Assembly: GCA_965203805.1 (NCBI GenBank)
Contig: OZ241917.1
Coordinates: 672,001-736,000 of the forward strand
Direction of reading: 5' to 3'
DNA: 64,000 nucleotides
Origin: Candidatus Latescibacterota bacterium
GTDB taxonomy: Bacteria; Latescibacterota; UBA2968; GCA-2709665
Position numbers and translations under genes: made by a program. Numbering within the stretch: the first letter of the stretch is position 1; each line of letters begins with the position of its first letter. This document shows positions 51,548 to 62,309 of this stretch, in pieces. Under the pieces are notes generated by a model that searched no databases, was not told the origin of the DNA, and was given only the letters and a program-made list of their open reading frames with translations.

Positions 51548-51804
51548 GGTCTTTCCTGACCTGATGTTGACGGTGTCCCGCAACGGACCTGGAGGAGACC
51601 CGTAGCGGCCCGCTTCACCGCTGCTGCTAAACCTGCAGGCTCAACGGAAGAATCGCGACATCTCACAGGCTTATGGTTCCAACACCGTGACGGAGCCGCA
51701 ATCAACGTCTGTCTCACCAAAGATATGAATTTCTCCGCTGCGGTGTGCATTTTTTTGGAGAACGGCCGTCGAAGTCTAACTGTAAAAATCCAAGGAGGTT
51801 TGCT

Positions 51805-52575
51805 TTGGGAGAGAACAAATCGAGGAGGATCGCGGGGCAGGTGGCCATCGTAACCGGGGCATCGTCGGGAATCGGCGAGGCAACGGCGATTCTGCTGGCC
51901 GCCGAAGGCGCTCGCGTCGCCGTGGCCGACGTGGACGAGGAGGGCGGACGACGCACGGTGGACAGGATCGCGGACGCCGGCGGAGAGGCTGTCTTCATCG
52001 AAGCCGACGTTAGCGAGGACGGGCCGGTGCAACAGATGGTCGCGCTGACGATGGAAGCATTCGGCAGACTGGATATTCTGCACAACAACGCGATCTGGTA
52101 TCGCAATGCGCCGGCCACCGAGATGGAGGAATCCGTGTGGGACAGGACGTTGAACACGGGGCTGAAAGCAATCTATCTGGCCGCCAGGTACGCCATACCT
52201 GTAATGAAGAGGACCGGCGGCGGATCAATCGTCAACACGGGTTCGGTGCACTCCCTGGTGGGGTTTGAGACCAACACGGCTTATGACGCCGCCAAAGCCG
52301 GAGTGCTGGGCATTACACGGGTCCTGGCGCTGGATTACGGGCCGGAAATCCGTGTGAACGCCGTACTGCCGGGTGCGATTCAGACGCCGCTCTGGGATCG
52401 GGTCGACGTCCCCGCCGATGAACGGCGCAGATTGGCGGAAATGGTTCCGGCCAAACGGGTCGGCACCCCGGACGACATCGCGTCCGCCGTGCTTTTCCTG
52501 GTTTCCGCCGAGGCGTCGTTCATTACAGGAACGTCGCTCGTGGTGGACGGGGGCCTGCTGGCGCGAACGATGTGA
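51805..52575 (+). CDS. Short-chain dehydrogenase/reductase
   Basis: TGASSGIG, HNNA, YDAAK, VDGG; TTG start after AAGGAGG. Confidence 0.88.
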   Translation: MGENKSRRIAGQVAIVTGASSGIGEATAILLAAEGARVAVADVDEEGGRRTVDRIADAGGEAVFIEADVSEDGPVQQMVALTMEAFGRLDILHNNAIWYRNAPATEMEESVWDRTLNTGLKAIYLAARYAIPVMKRTGGGSIVNTGSVHSLVGFETNTAYDAAKAGVLGITRVLALDYGPEIRVNAVLPGAIQTPLWDRVDVPADERRRLAEMVPAKRVGTPDDIASAVLFLVSAEASFITGTSLVVDGGLLARTM

Positions 52576-52723
52576 GGCGCACTGCCGATGCGCACGTCTT
52601 CTCTCCGGTCCCGGATCGCCGGATGAGGACGCGGCAGCGAACGCCGCCGTCATACGCAGAAGGCATCGCGGGCACGAGTACGGGGTCGCCGGAATTATCG
52701 CCAGGCGCATGGCGCCGTCCGGA

Positions 52724-54460
52724 TTACGTGTGGAAATCCCCGGCCGAATCCCTGAGTCGCGCCGTTGCCGGACCGTTCACTTCGAGCGCGTCCGGTTTGA
52801 CGACAACGCCGTATTCGGTTTCAGCGGCCTCCCTTTGCAAATACCCGCGCTTCACGTCTTCCAGCACCGCCTTCGCCGGACGCAGGTGCGGGGCGCCGTA
52901 CCCGCCGCCTCCCGGGGTTTCAAGGCGGAGGCAATCGCCTTCGACCATATGTACGCCCTCGTCCTTTGTGATATGCGGTGGACGGTACGCTTCCCCGCGA
53001 AGGGTGAAGGTGTGTTCCGCCGGCATTCCAGGTTTCCCGCCGTGCACGCCGAAGGGTCGAAACCGTCCCCGGTCTCCCAGAAGAGAAGCGCTGGCCTCAC
53101 CGCGCCGAAGAAGGAATTCGAACACCACGCCGAATCCACCCCGCCGGCAGCCGGGTCCTCCGGAGTCCTCGCGCAGGGCGTAGGTTTTGAAGAGAACCGG
53201 ATACCTGGATTCGAAAATCTCGAGAGCCTGCGTGCGCGCGACGGCGATCGTGGGGTTGCCGTTGGTGAGCCCGTCTGTCAGGTAATTGCCGCCATAGCCC
53301 CCGCCAATGAAGGAGTAGAAGACGAAATACCCTGTTTCGGGATCGTCTCCGCCGACGGAGAGATTCGTGACGGTTCCCATGGGTCCCGCGTAACAGCGGT
53401 CCGGCACGGCCTGGCTCATTGCGCCGAGCACGGCGTCGATCATCCGCTGACAGACTTCCGCCGCGCAACCCGAGACCGGACGCGGCGGAAGGGCGTGGAG
53501 AAAGGTGGTGGACGGGACATTGAAGGAAAACGGCTTGAAACAGCCCTTGTTGATGGGCACGTCCGGGAAAAAATGCTTGAAGGCGATGTATACGCCGGCC
53601 ATGGTCGTACTCAGCACGCTGTTGAGCGGTCCTCGACAGGGCGGGCTGCTGTCCGCGAGGTCGACGTGGACGCTGTCGCCGTCAACGGTCATTTCGAGAT
53701 GAATGTGCAGCGGTTTCCAATCCACGCCGTCGCTGTCCATGTGCTCGTCGAAGCAGTACCTCCCGTCGGGAATGGTCGAGATGTGTTTCCGCATCAGCCG
53801 TTCGGAACGAAGCTCCAATTCGCTGACGGCTTCGAACACGGTCGCTTCGCCGTATCGATCCAGCAGGGCCGCCAGACGATCCGCGCCGAGGTTCAGGGAT
53901 GCCACCTGCGCGATGATGTCTCCCTGGCGTTCTTCGGGCACGCGCACGTTGTGCAGAATGACGTCGACCACGTCCCGATTAAGCCTGCCTTCGTCCAGAA
54001 GCCTGAGCGGAGGCAGCCGCAAACCTTCCTGGAATACTTCCGTGGCTTTCGTGGAAAAACCGCCGGGAACGCGTCCTCCGATGTCCGGCCAGTGTCCGCT
54101 GTTGGCCAGATAGAAGGCAAGTTTGTTCCGGTAGAAGAAAGGTTTGATCAGTTTAACGTCCATCAGATGGGTGCCGCCGAGGTAGGGGTCATTGACAATG
54201 TAGACGTCGCCATCGGCGGGCTCGGTAAAGTGGGCGATCGTAGAGCGCACCGTGTGTTGCATCACGCAGATGAAATTCGGCAGGCCGCGCGGCCCCTGCA
54301 CGATGACCGAGCCGTCGCCGGCGGCATAAATGCCGCTGGCCCGGTCGAAACCGTCTGAAATCACCGGTGAGAACGCCATGCGTTCCAGCGTGGCATCCAT
54401 TTCATCGGCGATTTGTTCCAGGCTGCCGCGGATGACAGCCAGCGTGATCGGATCCATCAC
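52724..54460 (-). CDS. Hydantoinase B/oxoprolinase-family subunit
   Basis: AFSPVI, NDPYLGGTHLMD, HWPDIGG, DSGGPG, ETPGGGGYG. Confidence 0.92.
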   Translation of the reverse strand: MMDPITLAVIRGSLEQIADEMDATLERMAFSPVISDGFDRASGIYAAGDGSVIVQGPRGLPNFICVMQHTVRSTIAHFTEPADGDVYIVNDPYLGGTHLMDVKLIKPFFYRNKLAFYLANSGHWPDIGGRVPGGFSTKATEVFQEGLRLPPLRLLDEGRLNRDVVDVILHNVRVPEERQGDIIAQVASLNLGADRLAALLDRYGEATVFEAVSELELRSERLMRKHISTIPDGRYCFDEHMDSDGVDWKPLHIHLEMTVDGDSVHVDLADSSPPCRGPLNSVLSTTMAGVYIAFKHFFPDVPINKGCFKPFSFNVPSTTFLHALPPRPVSGCAAEVCQRMIDAVLGAMSQAVPDRCYAGPMGTVTNLSVGGDDPETGYFVFYSFIGGGYGGNYLTDGLTNGNPTIAVARTQALEIFESRYPVLFKTYALREDSGGPGCRRGGFGVVFEFLLRRGEASASLLGDRGRFRPFGVHGGKPGMPAEHTFTLRGEAYRPPHITKDEGVHMVEGDCLRLETPGGGGYGAPHLRPAKAVLEDVKRGYLQREAAETEYGVVVKPDALEVNGPATARLRDSAGDFHT

Positions 54461-54517
54461 AGGGTTGCTCCCGATTGCGGTACGACAGGCGGACGCGATC
54501 GTGTTCGCGACCGTCGC

Positions 54518-56614
54518 CTACGCCGGAGCGCGGCGTCGGTCCGCCTGTCGGATGGTCTCGATGAGAAAGCTGCCGCCGTCCAACACGCTGGCGCGACTGG
54601 AGGGATCCAGCCAGACGGTGGTGTCGGATTGTTCGATCACCGCCGGACCGGTAAATTCGGAACCCCAGGGTATCCTGGAACGCTCGTACGTGGGACACCC
54701 GACGAAAGCGTCGTCGATCCAGACGTCGCGGCTGCCCTTGTACGCCTGATTCAGCGTTGTCGTCGGCGGGGTCAGCAGCGAGCCAAGCGCACGGTGTTTC
54801 CTCACACCGATTACGGAGGTCCGCAGGTTCAGCAGTCGGACGGGGATGCCGTCCAGCAGAGCCTCCAGACGGTCAAACCCGCTGTGCGCACTTCCGTAAC
54901 GCTGAAGGTACGACGCCCTGAAGCGCATCGCGATGCGATCGGGGTTTGTTTCGCCGTCTGGCAAAGGGGTGCGGATCACGTGGGTCTGGCCTTCGTATGC
55001 AATGTCGGCTTCACGAAGCAGTTGAATGCGGCTCAGGGGGCGGTTTACCTGTTTGAGGAATGCACTCCCGCGCGCCAGGTCATCTTCGAAGATACGTCGG
55101 ATTTCGCTGGCATCCACGTCGTCGAGACGGCGGTTGACCATCGTTACGTAGTCGCGCTTCACGTCCGCGATAGCGCAGCCCCATGCGGATGCGAGGCCAG
55201 GGTGAAAGGGGACGAGCCCGCGTGGGATGCCGAGTTCCTCCATCAGAAAGCCGACCATCAGGGGACCGCTTCCGCCAAAGGCGAAAAGGGCGAAGTCTCT
55301 AGGATCCCGGCCGCGATCGATGGAGATTCGCCGGAGGCTGCCGGCGATGCGGTTGTTGGTTACGGCGACGACAGCCCGAGCAGCCGCCTCGGCCGAGAGG
55401 CCGAGAGGACCGGCGACGTGGGCTTCCAGCGCCGCCCTTGCTTTCGGCAGATCGAAGGAAAAACCCGTTTGGCCGGCGATGGGGTATTCCGGATTGATGC
55501 GGCCCAGCACCAGGTTCGCATCGGTTAACGTCGGCAGACGGCCGCCTCGTCCGTAACCGGCCGGCCCGGGATCCGCGCCCGCGCTCTCCGGGCCGACCCG
55601 AAGGATGCCGCCCTCGTCGATGCGAGCAATGCTGCCCCCGCCCGCGCCGACGGTCTGGATATCGACCATGGAAAGCAGGATCGGAACGCCGAAATCCAGT
55701 TCGGCTCCGTGAGCCTGCGCCGGAATGCCGTCCGCGACCAGCGAGACGTCCAGGCTGGTGCCGCCCATATCGTAGGCGATCAGATCGCGGATTTTGCTTT
55801 CCGCGGCGATGGCCGTCGCGGCGATGACGCCGGCCGCCGGCCCCGAAAGCACGGTCTGAACCGCATATCGTCCGGCTTCATCGGCAGGCACCATGCCACC
55901 GTTGGATTGCATGACGAGCAGATCGGTACGATAGCCCCTGCGCTTCAGGCTTCGTTCCAGATTCGCCAGATAGCGGCTTACAACGGGTTGGACGTACGCG
56001 TTCACGACGGCCGTGCTGGTGCGTTCGAATTCCCGAATCAGCGGCAGGATATCCGCGGATGCGACCACGTACAGATCCGGATAACGATTCTCAATGAGCG
56101 TTTTCGCCCGCCGCTCGTGGATCGGGTTGGCGTACGAGTTCATAAACGAAATGACGATCGCCTCGACGTTTTCCGCCGCAAGTTCCGCCGCGCAGGATAT
56201 GACCGCATCCTCGTCGAGCGGGACCAGCACGTCGCCCTCAGCAGAAATACGCTCCGTCACCTCCAGCCGGCGGTCGCGGGGAATGAGAGGTTCATAGGTC
56301 CCGGTAAGACCGTAGAGATGGGGCCGGTCCCGCCGACGGAGTTCCAGAATATCGCGGAAACCCTCAGTGGCGATCAGGCCGCAAAACCCGCCCTTGCGTT
56401 CGAGGACCGCGTTCGTGGCCACCGTGGTTCCGTGAATGACGAGATCGGTTTCGCCGTCGGCGGCGCCGAGGGCATCCAGCCCTTCTATCAATCCTTGAGA
56501 CGGATCTTCCGAAGTCGTCGGGATTTTTCCCACGATCAGGGACGGCCCGGCGTCATCCAGAATCAGGATGTCCGTAAACGTTCCGCCGATATCGACGCCG
56601 ACAATCCGTGACAT
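54518..56614 (-). CDS. Hydantoinase A/oxoprolinase-family subunit
   Basis: VDIGGTFTD, HGTTVATNA, SGPAAG, DMGGTSLD, GAGGGS, SAGADPGP. Confidence 0.92.
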   Translation of the reverse strand: MSRIVGVDIGGTFTDILILDDAGPSLIVGKIPTTSEDPSQGLIEGLDALGAADGETDLVIHGTTVATNAVLERKGGFCGLIATEGFRDILELRRRDRPHLYGLTGTYEPLIPRDRRLEVTERISAEGDVLVPLDEDAVISCAAELAAENVEAIVISFMNSYANPIHERRAKTLIENRYPDLYVVASADILPLIREFERTSTAVVNAYVQPVVSRYLANLERSLKRRGYRTDLLVMQSNGGMVPADEAGRYAVQTVLSGPAAGVIAATAIAAESKIRDLIAYDMGGTSLDVSLVADGIPAQAHGAELDFGVPILLSMVDIQTVGAGGGSIARIDEGGILRVGPESAGADPGPAGYGRGGRLPTLTDANLVLGRINPEYPIAGQTGFSFDLPKARAALEAHVAGPLGLSAEAAARAVVAVTNNRIAGSLRRISIDRGRDPRDFALFAFGGSGPLMVGFLMEELGIPRGLVPFHPGLASAWGCAIADVKRDYVTMVNRRLDDVDASEIRRIFEDDLARGSAFLKQVNRPLSRIQLLREADIAYEGQTHVIRTPLPDGETNPDRIAMRFRASYLQRYGSAHSGFDRLEALLDGIPVRLLNLRTSVIGVRKHRALGSLLTPPTTTLNQAYKGSRDVWIDDAFVGCPTYERSRIPWGSEFTGPAVIEQSDTTVWLDPSSRASVLDGGSFLIETIRQADRRRAPA

Positions 56615-56948
56615 GACGTTACCCCTGCCGGGTGGCTGGCGTTCAGTCCGGAAATCCTCTTGAATGAATCCGGGTGACCCGTCGGGAGCGTGGCGGGCTT
56701 TTTGCGAGACAGGTTACAAACGTTGGTGTGATGAACGACAGCCAGAACTTAGACGTTCCGCCGATGCGCGTCAACCCAAAAACGCGCATCGGCGATGAAT
56801 CAGGCTTCCGGCCGGTATTCAGGACCAGGCGGCCGGCGAAGTGCCCGTCTCCCCCTTTTCAGTTTGACCGGGTCGGGTACTTCCTTTAGATTTGAGTGGT
56901 TCTGTCCCGGAACAGACGCGATCCTTATGCGTGCCGAGGGAATTCCGT

Positions 56949-57689
56949 ATGCCAAGAGGCCGTTGCCATTTCGCGTTGCTGGCGGATCTGCACGATCGGT
57001 TTCGTTCGGAATGCCCTGGTGCGGCTGCACTTGCGGATGCGTTTACGCCGGACATGCTTGCAGGCGCGTGTGCGCCGGACGGACTGCGTCTTGTCGGCAA
57101 CCAGGGCAAATTCGCCACCCATTTTTACACGGACCGCCGAAAGGAGACGTGGGGACGGTCGGTTGCAGGACTGTTCGCAGCCCATCCGGACCTCGGCGAT
57201 CCGGGCCGCCTTTCCGACGCGGATGTGGCGGTGATGATCGGGTATATCTCCCATCTGACGGTGGACGAGGCATTTCGGGATGAAGTCACGGTGCACGTCT
57301 ATGGCGTCGATAACTGGCGTCCAGTGATCATGGGGCTATGGTCGATGGTGGACGAGTTTTCGATCGACAATGACACGTACAAGACCGAAGTTCATCGGTT
57401 CATGCGCCGAGACAACGTCGGGTTCATCGATTGCGGGGTCGTGAGCCGGTACCTGGACATGGTGAAGCCGTGGGCGATCGTCGAAGACCCCTGGGAGGTC
57501 GAACGGATCTTTCTGAATCTGAGGCGCAGTGAACTGCAGGAAGCGGAAGCGCGCGGCGTCTGGGAACATAACCTGAGGTTGGCGGCGCCGTTTATGGATG
57601 GCGAACGTCGGACGCTTTTTCGCAGATCGGCCGTGAACGAGGGGATGGCGGAAACCATACGATATCTCGAAGGCGTTTATGCGCCGTAA
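56949..57689 (+). CDS. Zinc-dependent phospholipase C/P1 nuclease-fold protein
   Basis: N-terminal MP...H, GACAPD, THFY, GYISHLTVD metal ligands. Confidence 0.65.
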   Translation: MPRGRCHFALLADLHDRFRSECPGAAALADAFTPDMLAGACAPDGLRLVGNQGKFATHFYTDRRKETWGRSVAGLFAAHPDLGDPGRLSDADVAVMIGYISHLTVDEAFRDEVTVHVYGVDNWRPVIMGLWSMVDEFSIDNDTYKTEVHRFMRRDNVGFIDCGVVSRYLDMVKPWAIVEDPWEVERIFLNLRRSELQEAEARGVWEHNLRLAAPFMDGERRTLFRRSAVNEGMAETIRYLEGVYAP

Positions 57690-57703
57690 CAAGGGAGTTC
57701 TTT

Positions 57704-58726
57704 ATGGCAGCGTACCGTGTGGGTGTGATTGGTTGCCGCGGGATTGGCGTTGAACATGCATCCGGCCTGGTCGGCCTGACCAATGTGACGCTGGCGGCCG
57801 CGTGCGACCTGGACGAGACGACGCTTGCGGCTTTCGGAGACCGGTGGCGATCCGATTGGCCCGATCTCAATCTATACACCGATCACCGTGAAATGATGGA
57901 GAGGGAGGGGCTCGATATCGTCACCGTGGCGACGTCCGACCACCGGCACGCCGAACTCGTCGTTGACGCGGCCGACGCGGGCGCGAAGGGGATCTTCTGC
58001 GAAAAACCCCTCGCGACCAATCTGGCGGATGCCGACAGGATGGTGTACGCCGCTGAACGCAACGGCGCGATCCTTTCCGTCGATCACACGAGACGCTTTC
58101 AACCGCTATGGCGCCACGTCAAGGAACAGATCGTGGATGGCGGAGAGGTCGGTCCGGTACAGTACATCGTGGGGGCGCTGAACGGACCGCGATCGATGTT
58201 GTTCCGAAACGGCACACACCTCGTGGATTCGATATGCTATTTCGCAGATTCGGAGCCGGATTGGGTGTTCGCGGAACTGGAATCCGGATATGAGGATTAC
58301 ACGGAGTACAGGGGCGACGGCGGCCACGATCCGGCAACAGAGCCGTCGGCCAGCGGCTATATCCACTTCGCCAACGGCGTGCGGGGATTCTTCGCCGGTG
58401 GTTCGAAAGTCTCCGCGGCTCCGAAGTTCAGGTGCGAGATCGTGGGGACAACCGGATGCGTCGATGTCGGCCGCAGCGACGCCGTGCTGATTCGCGGTGA
58501 CGAACGGGAAGAGATCCGGGCGCCCGAGTGGCCCGTAAGCGGCATTCGCGCAGGCGTACAGGAATTGGTGCGCGTGGTCGCTGAGGGCGGGCGGCCGGTC
58601 TCACCGGCAAAGGACGCACACCGGGTCGTGGAGATCATGATCGGTTTTCTCGAGTCGCAACGGTTGGGTAACGTACGGGTGGATCTGCCCATTCCACTCG
58701 ATCGAAGGGGTAAACGGCAGACATAA
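57704..58726 (+). CDS. Gfo/Idh/MocA-family oxidoreductase
   Basis: GVIGCRGIG, CEKPLA, NGTHLVD. Confidence 0.9.
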   Translation: MAAYRVGVIGCRGIGVEHASGLVGLTNVTLAAACDLDETTLAAFGDRWRSDWPDLNLYTDHREMMEREGLDIVTVATSDHRHAELVVDAADAGAKGIFCEKPLATNLADADRMVYAAERNGAILSVDHTRRFQPLWRHVKEQIVDGGEVGPVQYIVGALNGPRSMLFRNGTHLVDSICYFADSEPDWVFAELESGYEDYTEYRGDGGHDPATEPSASGYIHFANGVRGFFAGGSKVSAAPKFRCEIVGTTGCVDVGRSDAVLIRGDEREEIRAPEWPVSGIRAGVQELVRVVAEGGRPVSPAKDAHRVVEIMIGFLESQRLGNVRVDLPIPLDRRGKRQT

Positions 58727-58913
58727 ACACGGGAAATCGGCGATAAAGCTTGCCCGGTGCATCAAAAGAACCTATTATAATCCTTCTCGATCAGATCCGG
58801 GCGGGTGTGCTCTCCCGGTCCGGTCACTCTATCAGGCAGGTTTGCGTGCGCCAGAGTCCCATTGCGCATCGCCTTCCAGGAGCAGCGCATCGACAGGAGA
58901 GGAGAACGGGGTG

Positions 58914-59303
58914 ATGTTTAACTTTGAACATACGGCATTTCTGGTTGAAGATGCGAGGGCCGTATCGGATTGGTGGTGCAGACACCTGGGCATGGACGTG
59001 GTGCGGTACGGAGGTCCCCCGTCGCACATGACCTTTCTGAGAGACGCCTCCGGAAAAACCATGTTCGAGATCTATGAGAAGGACTCGCTGGATACGCCCG
59101 ACTACGCATCGATGCATGTCTCGATTCTCCACTTCGCTTTCTATACTGACGATATCGAACGGGAACGGGAACGGCTGCTTGCCGCGGGGGCGTCAATCGT
59201 GGACGACGTGTATACAACGGACGTCGGCGATCAGCTGGCGATGCTTCGCGACCCCTGGGGGGTGGCGATTCAGGTCCTCAAGCGGAAGGATCCCATGGGT
59301 TGA
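58914..59303 (+). CDS. VOC/glyoxalase-family protein
   Basis: EHTAFLVED, FEIY, LHFAF, LRDPWGVAIQ; GAGGAG RBS. Confidence 0.85.
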   Translation: MFNFEHTAFLVEDARAVSDWWCRHLGMDVVRYGGPPSHMTFLRDASGKTMFEIYEKDSLDTPDYASMHVSILHFAFYTDDIERERERLLAAGASIVDDVYTTDVGDQLAMLRDPWGVAIQVLKRKDPMG

Positions 59304-59359
59304 GGACAATCCGCCTGCAAATGACGGGCGGGTAGCCGCAATCGCCGCGGCTCGGAGGG

Positions 59360-60418
59360 ATGATGCCGATCATCGACGTTGAGTCGTTGGAACAGATTTG
59401 CGCAGAGGTCATGACGGGTGCGGGTGTGTCCGTCGCTGAGGCGCGCCGGATTTCTCATTCGCTTGTTCTCGCGAATCTGATGGGCCATGATTCCCATGGC
59501 GTGATCAGGCTTCCGCAGTACGTGCAGGCACTCGAGGACGGTATTGTAAAGGCGGGGCGTGACATTCGCGTTACCCGGGAGGCCGACGCATCGGCGGTGG
59601 TTGACGGGCAGTGGGGCTTCGGGCAGACGGTTTGCGCTCAGGCCATGGAACTGGCGCTGAAAAAAGCCCGCGAGAGATCCGTCGCTGCGGTCGAGTTGTT
59701 CAACAGCAGCCATATCGGACGCCTCGGGGAATACGTGGAACAGGCCGCGGAAAGCGGGCTCATCGGTATTGTTATGTGCAACAACCACGGCGGCGGCCGG
59801 CTGCTTTCGCCATTCGGCGGCATCGACGCCCGGATGTCACCGAATCCCGTTGCCGTCGGCGTTCCGACGGGAGGCGATTTTCCGATCGTCGTGGATATGA
59901 CGACCAGCGTGGTTGCTGAAGGAAAGATACGCGTGAAGCGTAACCGGGACGAACCCCTGCCGCAGGGTTGGGCGATTGACGCGGAGGGCAGTCCCGCGGA
60001 ACGGCCGGACGACTTCTACGGTCCGCCGCGGGGGGCGATTCTGCCATTCGGAGGGAATTCCGCGCACAAGGGATACGCGCTGGCCGTGGTCATAGACATT
60101 CTCTCAGGCGCCCTGGGCGGTGGCGGGTGCAGCCGCGACGGGGCGCCGTCCGGCGGAAACGGTGTATTTCTGATGGCGATCGACATCCGGGCATTTGCCC
60201 CGCCGGAACGGTTCCGTGAGGAAGTGGACGGCTTCGTCGGCTATTTGAAGAGTTCGAGGCTGCTGCCGGGATTCGACCGGATTCACCTGCCCGGTGAAAT
60301 CGAGTATCGTCATCGCCGTGAGCGTGAAACCGCGGGCGTTTTTCTGGATGACGAGACCTGGCGACAGATCCGCGAGACGGGCGACAGCCTAGGCGCCGGT
60401 GTTTCCATAAGTTCTTGA
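59360..60418 (+). CDS. Ldh_2-family (malate/L-lactate/ureidoglycolate-type) dehydrogenase
   Basis: GHDSHG, SHIGRLG, NPVA, DMTTS, HKGYAL, LPGE. Confidence 0.9.
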   Translation: MMPIIDVESLEQICAEVMTGAGVSVAEARRISHSLVLANLMGHDSHGVIRLPQYVQALEDGIVKAGRDIRVTREADASAVVDGQWGFGQTVCAQAMELALKKARERSVAAVELFNSSHIGRLGEYVEQAAESGLIGIVMCNNHGGGRLLSPFGGIDARMSPNPVAVGVPTGGDFPIVVDMTTSVVAEGKIRVKRNRDEPLPQGWAIDAEGSPAERPDDFYGPPRGAILPFGGNSAHKGYALAVVIDILSGALGGGGCSRDGAPSGGNGVFLMAIDIRAFAPPERFREEVDGFVGYLKSSRLLPGFDRIHLPGEIEYRHRRERETAGVFLDDETWRQIRETGDSLGAGVSISS

Positions 60419-60610
60419 GATTCAGTCGAATCAGATCGTCCGTTAAATCTGTGCTTTAGCGTTGTCAGCCTGGAACGCGGTTCGTGCGATGAGTGAGGAA
60501 CGTCGCAACGGAAGGGTACGGGCCGGCATTGGGGAATGCCGCGGTGTGACCGCAGTAATCGTTCTAGAAAATGTATCCGGCGTCTCGAATATGCGAATGG
60601 GAGGTCACCA

Positions 60611-61381
60611 ATGGCAACAATCAGGATCACGCTTCTGGGTCACGCGTCGTTCCGCCTGGAACCCGATACGGGCGAGGTGGTTTATTTCGACCCTTGGCTG
60701 AATAACAACCCAACGACCGGATTGAGTGTGGCTGACATTGCGCAGGCCGACGTGGTGATTGCGACGCACGGACACGACGACCACGTTGGCGACTCCTTTG
60801 CAATCTGCAAGCAGACGGGAGCCGTATTCGCGGGCAACTACGAACTTTGCCTGACCGCCGAGAAGAACGGGCTGACTCTGGGAGAACAGGCGCGTCCGAT
60901 GAATCCGGGCGGCACCATCGACGTGAACGGGGTGCGCATCACCGCGACCCAGGCGTTCCACTCGCAGTCCATGTCGCCAAACCAGTCCCTGGGCGAGGCG
61001 CCGGACGACGAGTACTTCAGGCCGGACGGCGGCGTTTGCGGAATCGTGATGCAGTTTTCGAATGGGATTTCCGTTTACGATACGGCGGATACGGCGCTGT
61101 TCAGCGATATGCAGTTGATCAGCCAGATGTACGGCCCTCAAGTGGCCATCGTTCCGGTTGGCGGGCTGTTTACGATGGGTATCCGGGAGGCGGCCCGGGC
61201 CGCGAGTCTGATTCGCCCGGACATCGTCATTCCGTGCCACTACGGAGACGCGGTGGGTCAGCCCGCGGATATCGATGCCTTCTCTGAAATGGTCGGATTT
61301 CTGTCGCCCAACACGAGGGTTGTCAAGCTCGACCCCGGGCAGGCTGTGACCTATGCGTCCGCCAGCTACAGCGTTTCCTGA
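60611..61381 (+). CDS. Metallo-beta-lactamase-fold metal-dependent hydrolase (UPF0173-like)
   Basis: LGHASF, THGHDDH, ADT, IPCHY. Confidence 0.88.
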   Translation: MATIRITLLGHASFRLEPDTGEVVYFDPWLNNNPTTGLSVADIAQADVVIATHGHDDHVGDSFAICKQTGAVFAGNYELCLTAEKNGLTLGEQARPMNPGGTIDVNGVRITATQAFHSQSMSPNQSLGEAPDDEYFRPDGGVCGIVMQFSNGISVYDTADTALFSDMQLISQMYGPQVAIVPVGGLFTMGIREAARAASLIRPDIVIPCHYGDAVGQPADIDAFSEMVGFLSPNTRVVKLDPGQAVTYASASYSVS

Positions 61382-61405
61382 AACCGGAAAGACAGGGAGG
61401 TCCGC

Positions 61406-62221
61406 GTGGCGAAGGAGCTGACCAACGCCATTGTATCACAAAAAATCGAACTTGCGCCCGAGTTGATCATCCTGCAGGTGAAGGCGGACGGCTGGGATCT
61501 TCCGGAGTTCGAACCCGGGCAGTTCGCGGTTCTCGGCCTTCCGGGCATGGCCCCGAGAAGCGAACAATCCGACCCGGAAGAGGAGACGCCCGATGCGAAC
61601 AGGCTGATCCGTCGGGCGTATTCGATCGCATCCTCTTCCAGGTCGCGCGACCACATGGAATTCTACATCAACGTGGTACGGTCTGGCGCACTGACGCCCA
61701 GGCTGTTCGCCCTGGAACGGGGCGACCGCGTCTGGCTTGGGTCCAAGGTTTCAGGCGCGTTTACGCTGGATAAGGCTCCGCGTACCGCAGACGTCGTGCT
61801 CGTTGCGACCGGAACGGGCCTCGCGCCTTATATGAGCATGATGCGTACCCGCCTGCCGGAAGACAACGGTCGGCGATTTGCGGTATTGCACGGAGCGAGG
61901 CAATCCTGGGATCTCGGATACCGGTCGGAACTCAGTATGATGCAGCAACTCTGCGGTAATCTCACGTATCTGTCACTGATCAGCCGCCCGGCCAACGAGC
62001 CCGTGCCCTGGAGCGGCATGACCGGATACGTGCAGGACCTCTGGGCGGGAGGCTGCCTGGACAGAGCATGGGGAAAACACCCGAATCCTGAAAGTACGCA
62101 GGTTTTCCTGTGCGGAAACCCGAAAATGTGCGAGGATATGCTCGCCCTTCTCGAAGCCGAAGGATTCAGTGAGCATACCCGAAAGACAGCGGGACAGGTG
62201 CATATCGAGCGGTACTGGTAG
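61406..62221 (+). CDS. fpr: Ferredoxin/flavodoxin-NADP reductase
   Basis: RRAYSIAS, ATGTGLAPY, CGNPKM, ERYW terminus. Confidence 0.88.
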   Translation: MAKELTNAIVSQKIELAPELIILQVKADGWDLPEFEPGQFAVLGLPGMAPRSEQSDPEEETPDANRLIRRAYSIASSSRSRDHMEFYINVVRSGALTPRLFALERGDRVWLGSKVSGAFTLDKAPRTADVVLVATGTGLAPYMSMMRTRLPEDNGRRFAVLHGARQSWDLGYRSELSMMQQLCGNLTYLSLISRPANEPVPWSGMTGYVQDLWAGGCLDRAWGKHPNPESTQVFLCGNPKMCEDMLALLEAEGFSEHTRKTAGQVHIERYW

Positions 62222-62309
62222 CGGAAGGCGGTCGCCTGCATACGGGATCGGGGAAGGACGGCGATCGGATCAACGGTTCCCGCGGAGCGCGCAATGGGCA
62301 GCACAATCC

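Noticed and set aside
52373-54358. Long opposite-strand ORFs (e.g. 52373..54358 +, 32578..33837 +, 37557..38819 +, 44403..45701 +, 62385..63791 -)
   Set aside because: Shadow frames of well-supported genes in high-GC DNA, with no motifs of their own.
56678-56703. Terminator-like hairpin with T-run on the + strand upstream of hydantoinase A
   Set aside because: The stem is weak and there is no + strand gene or identifiable sRNA for it to terminate.
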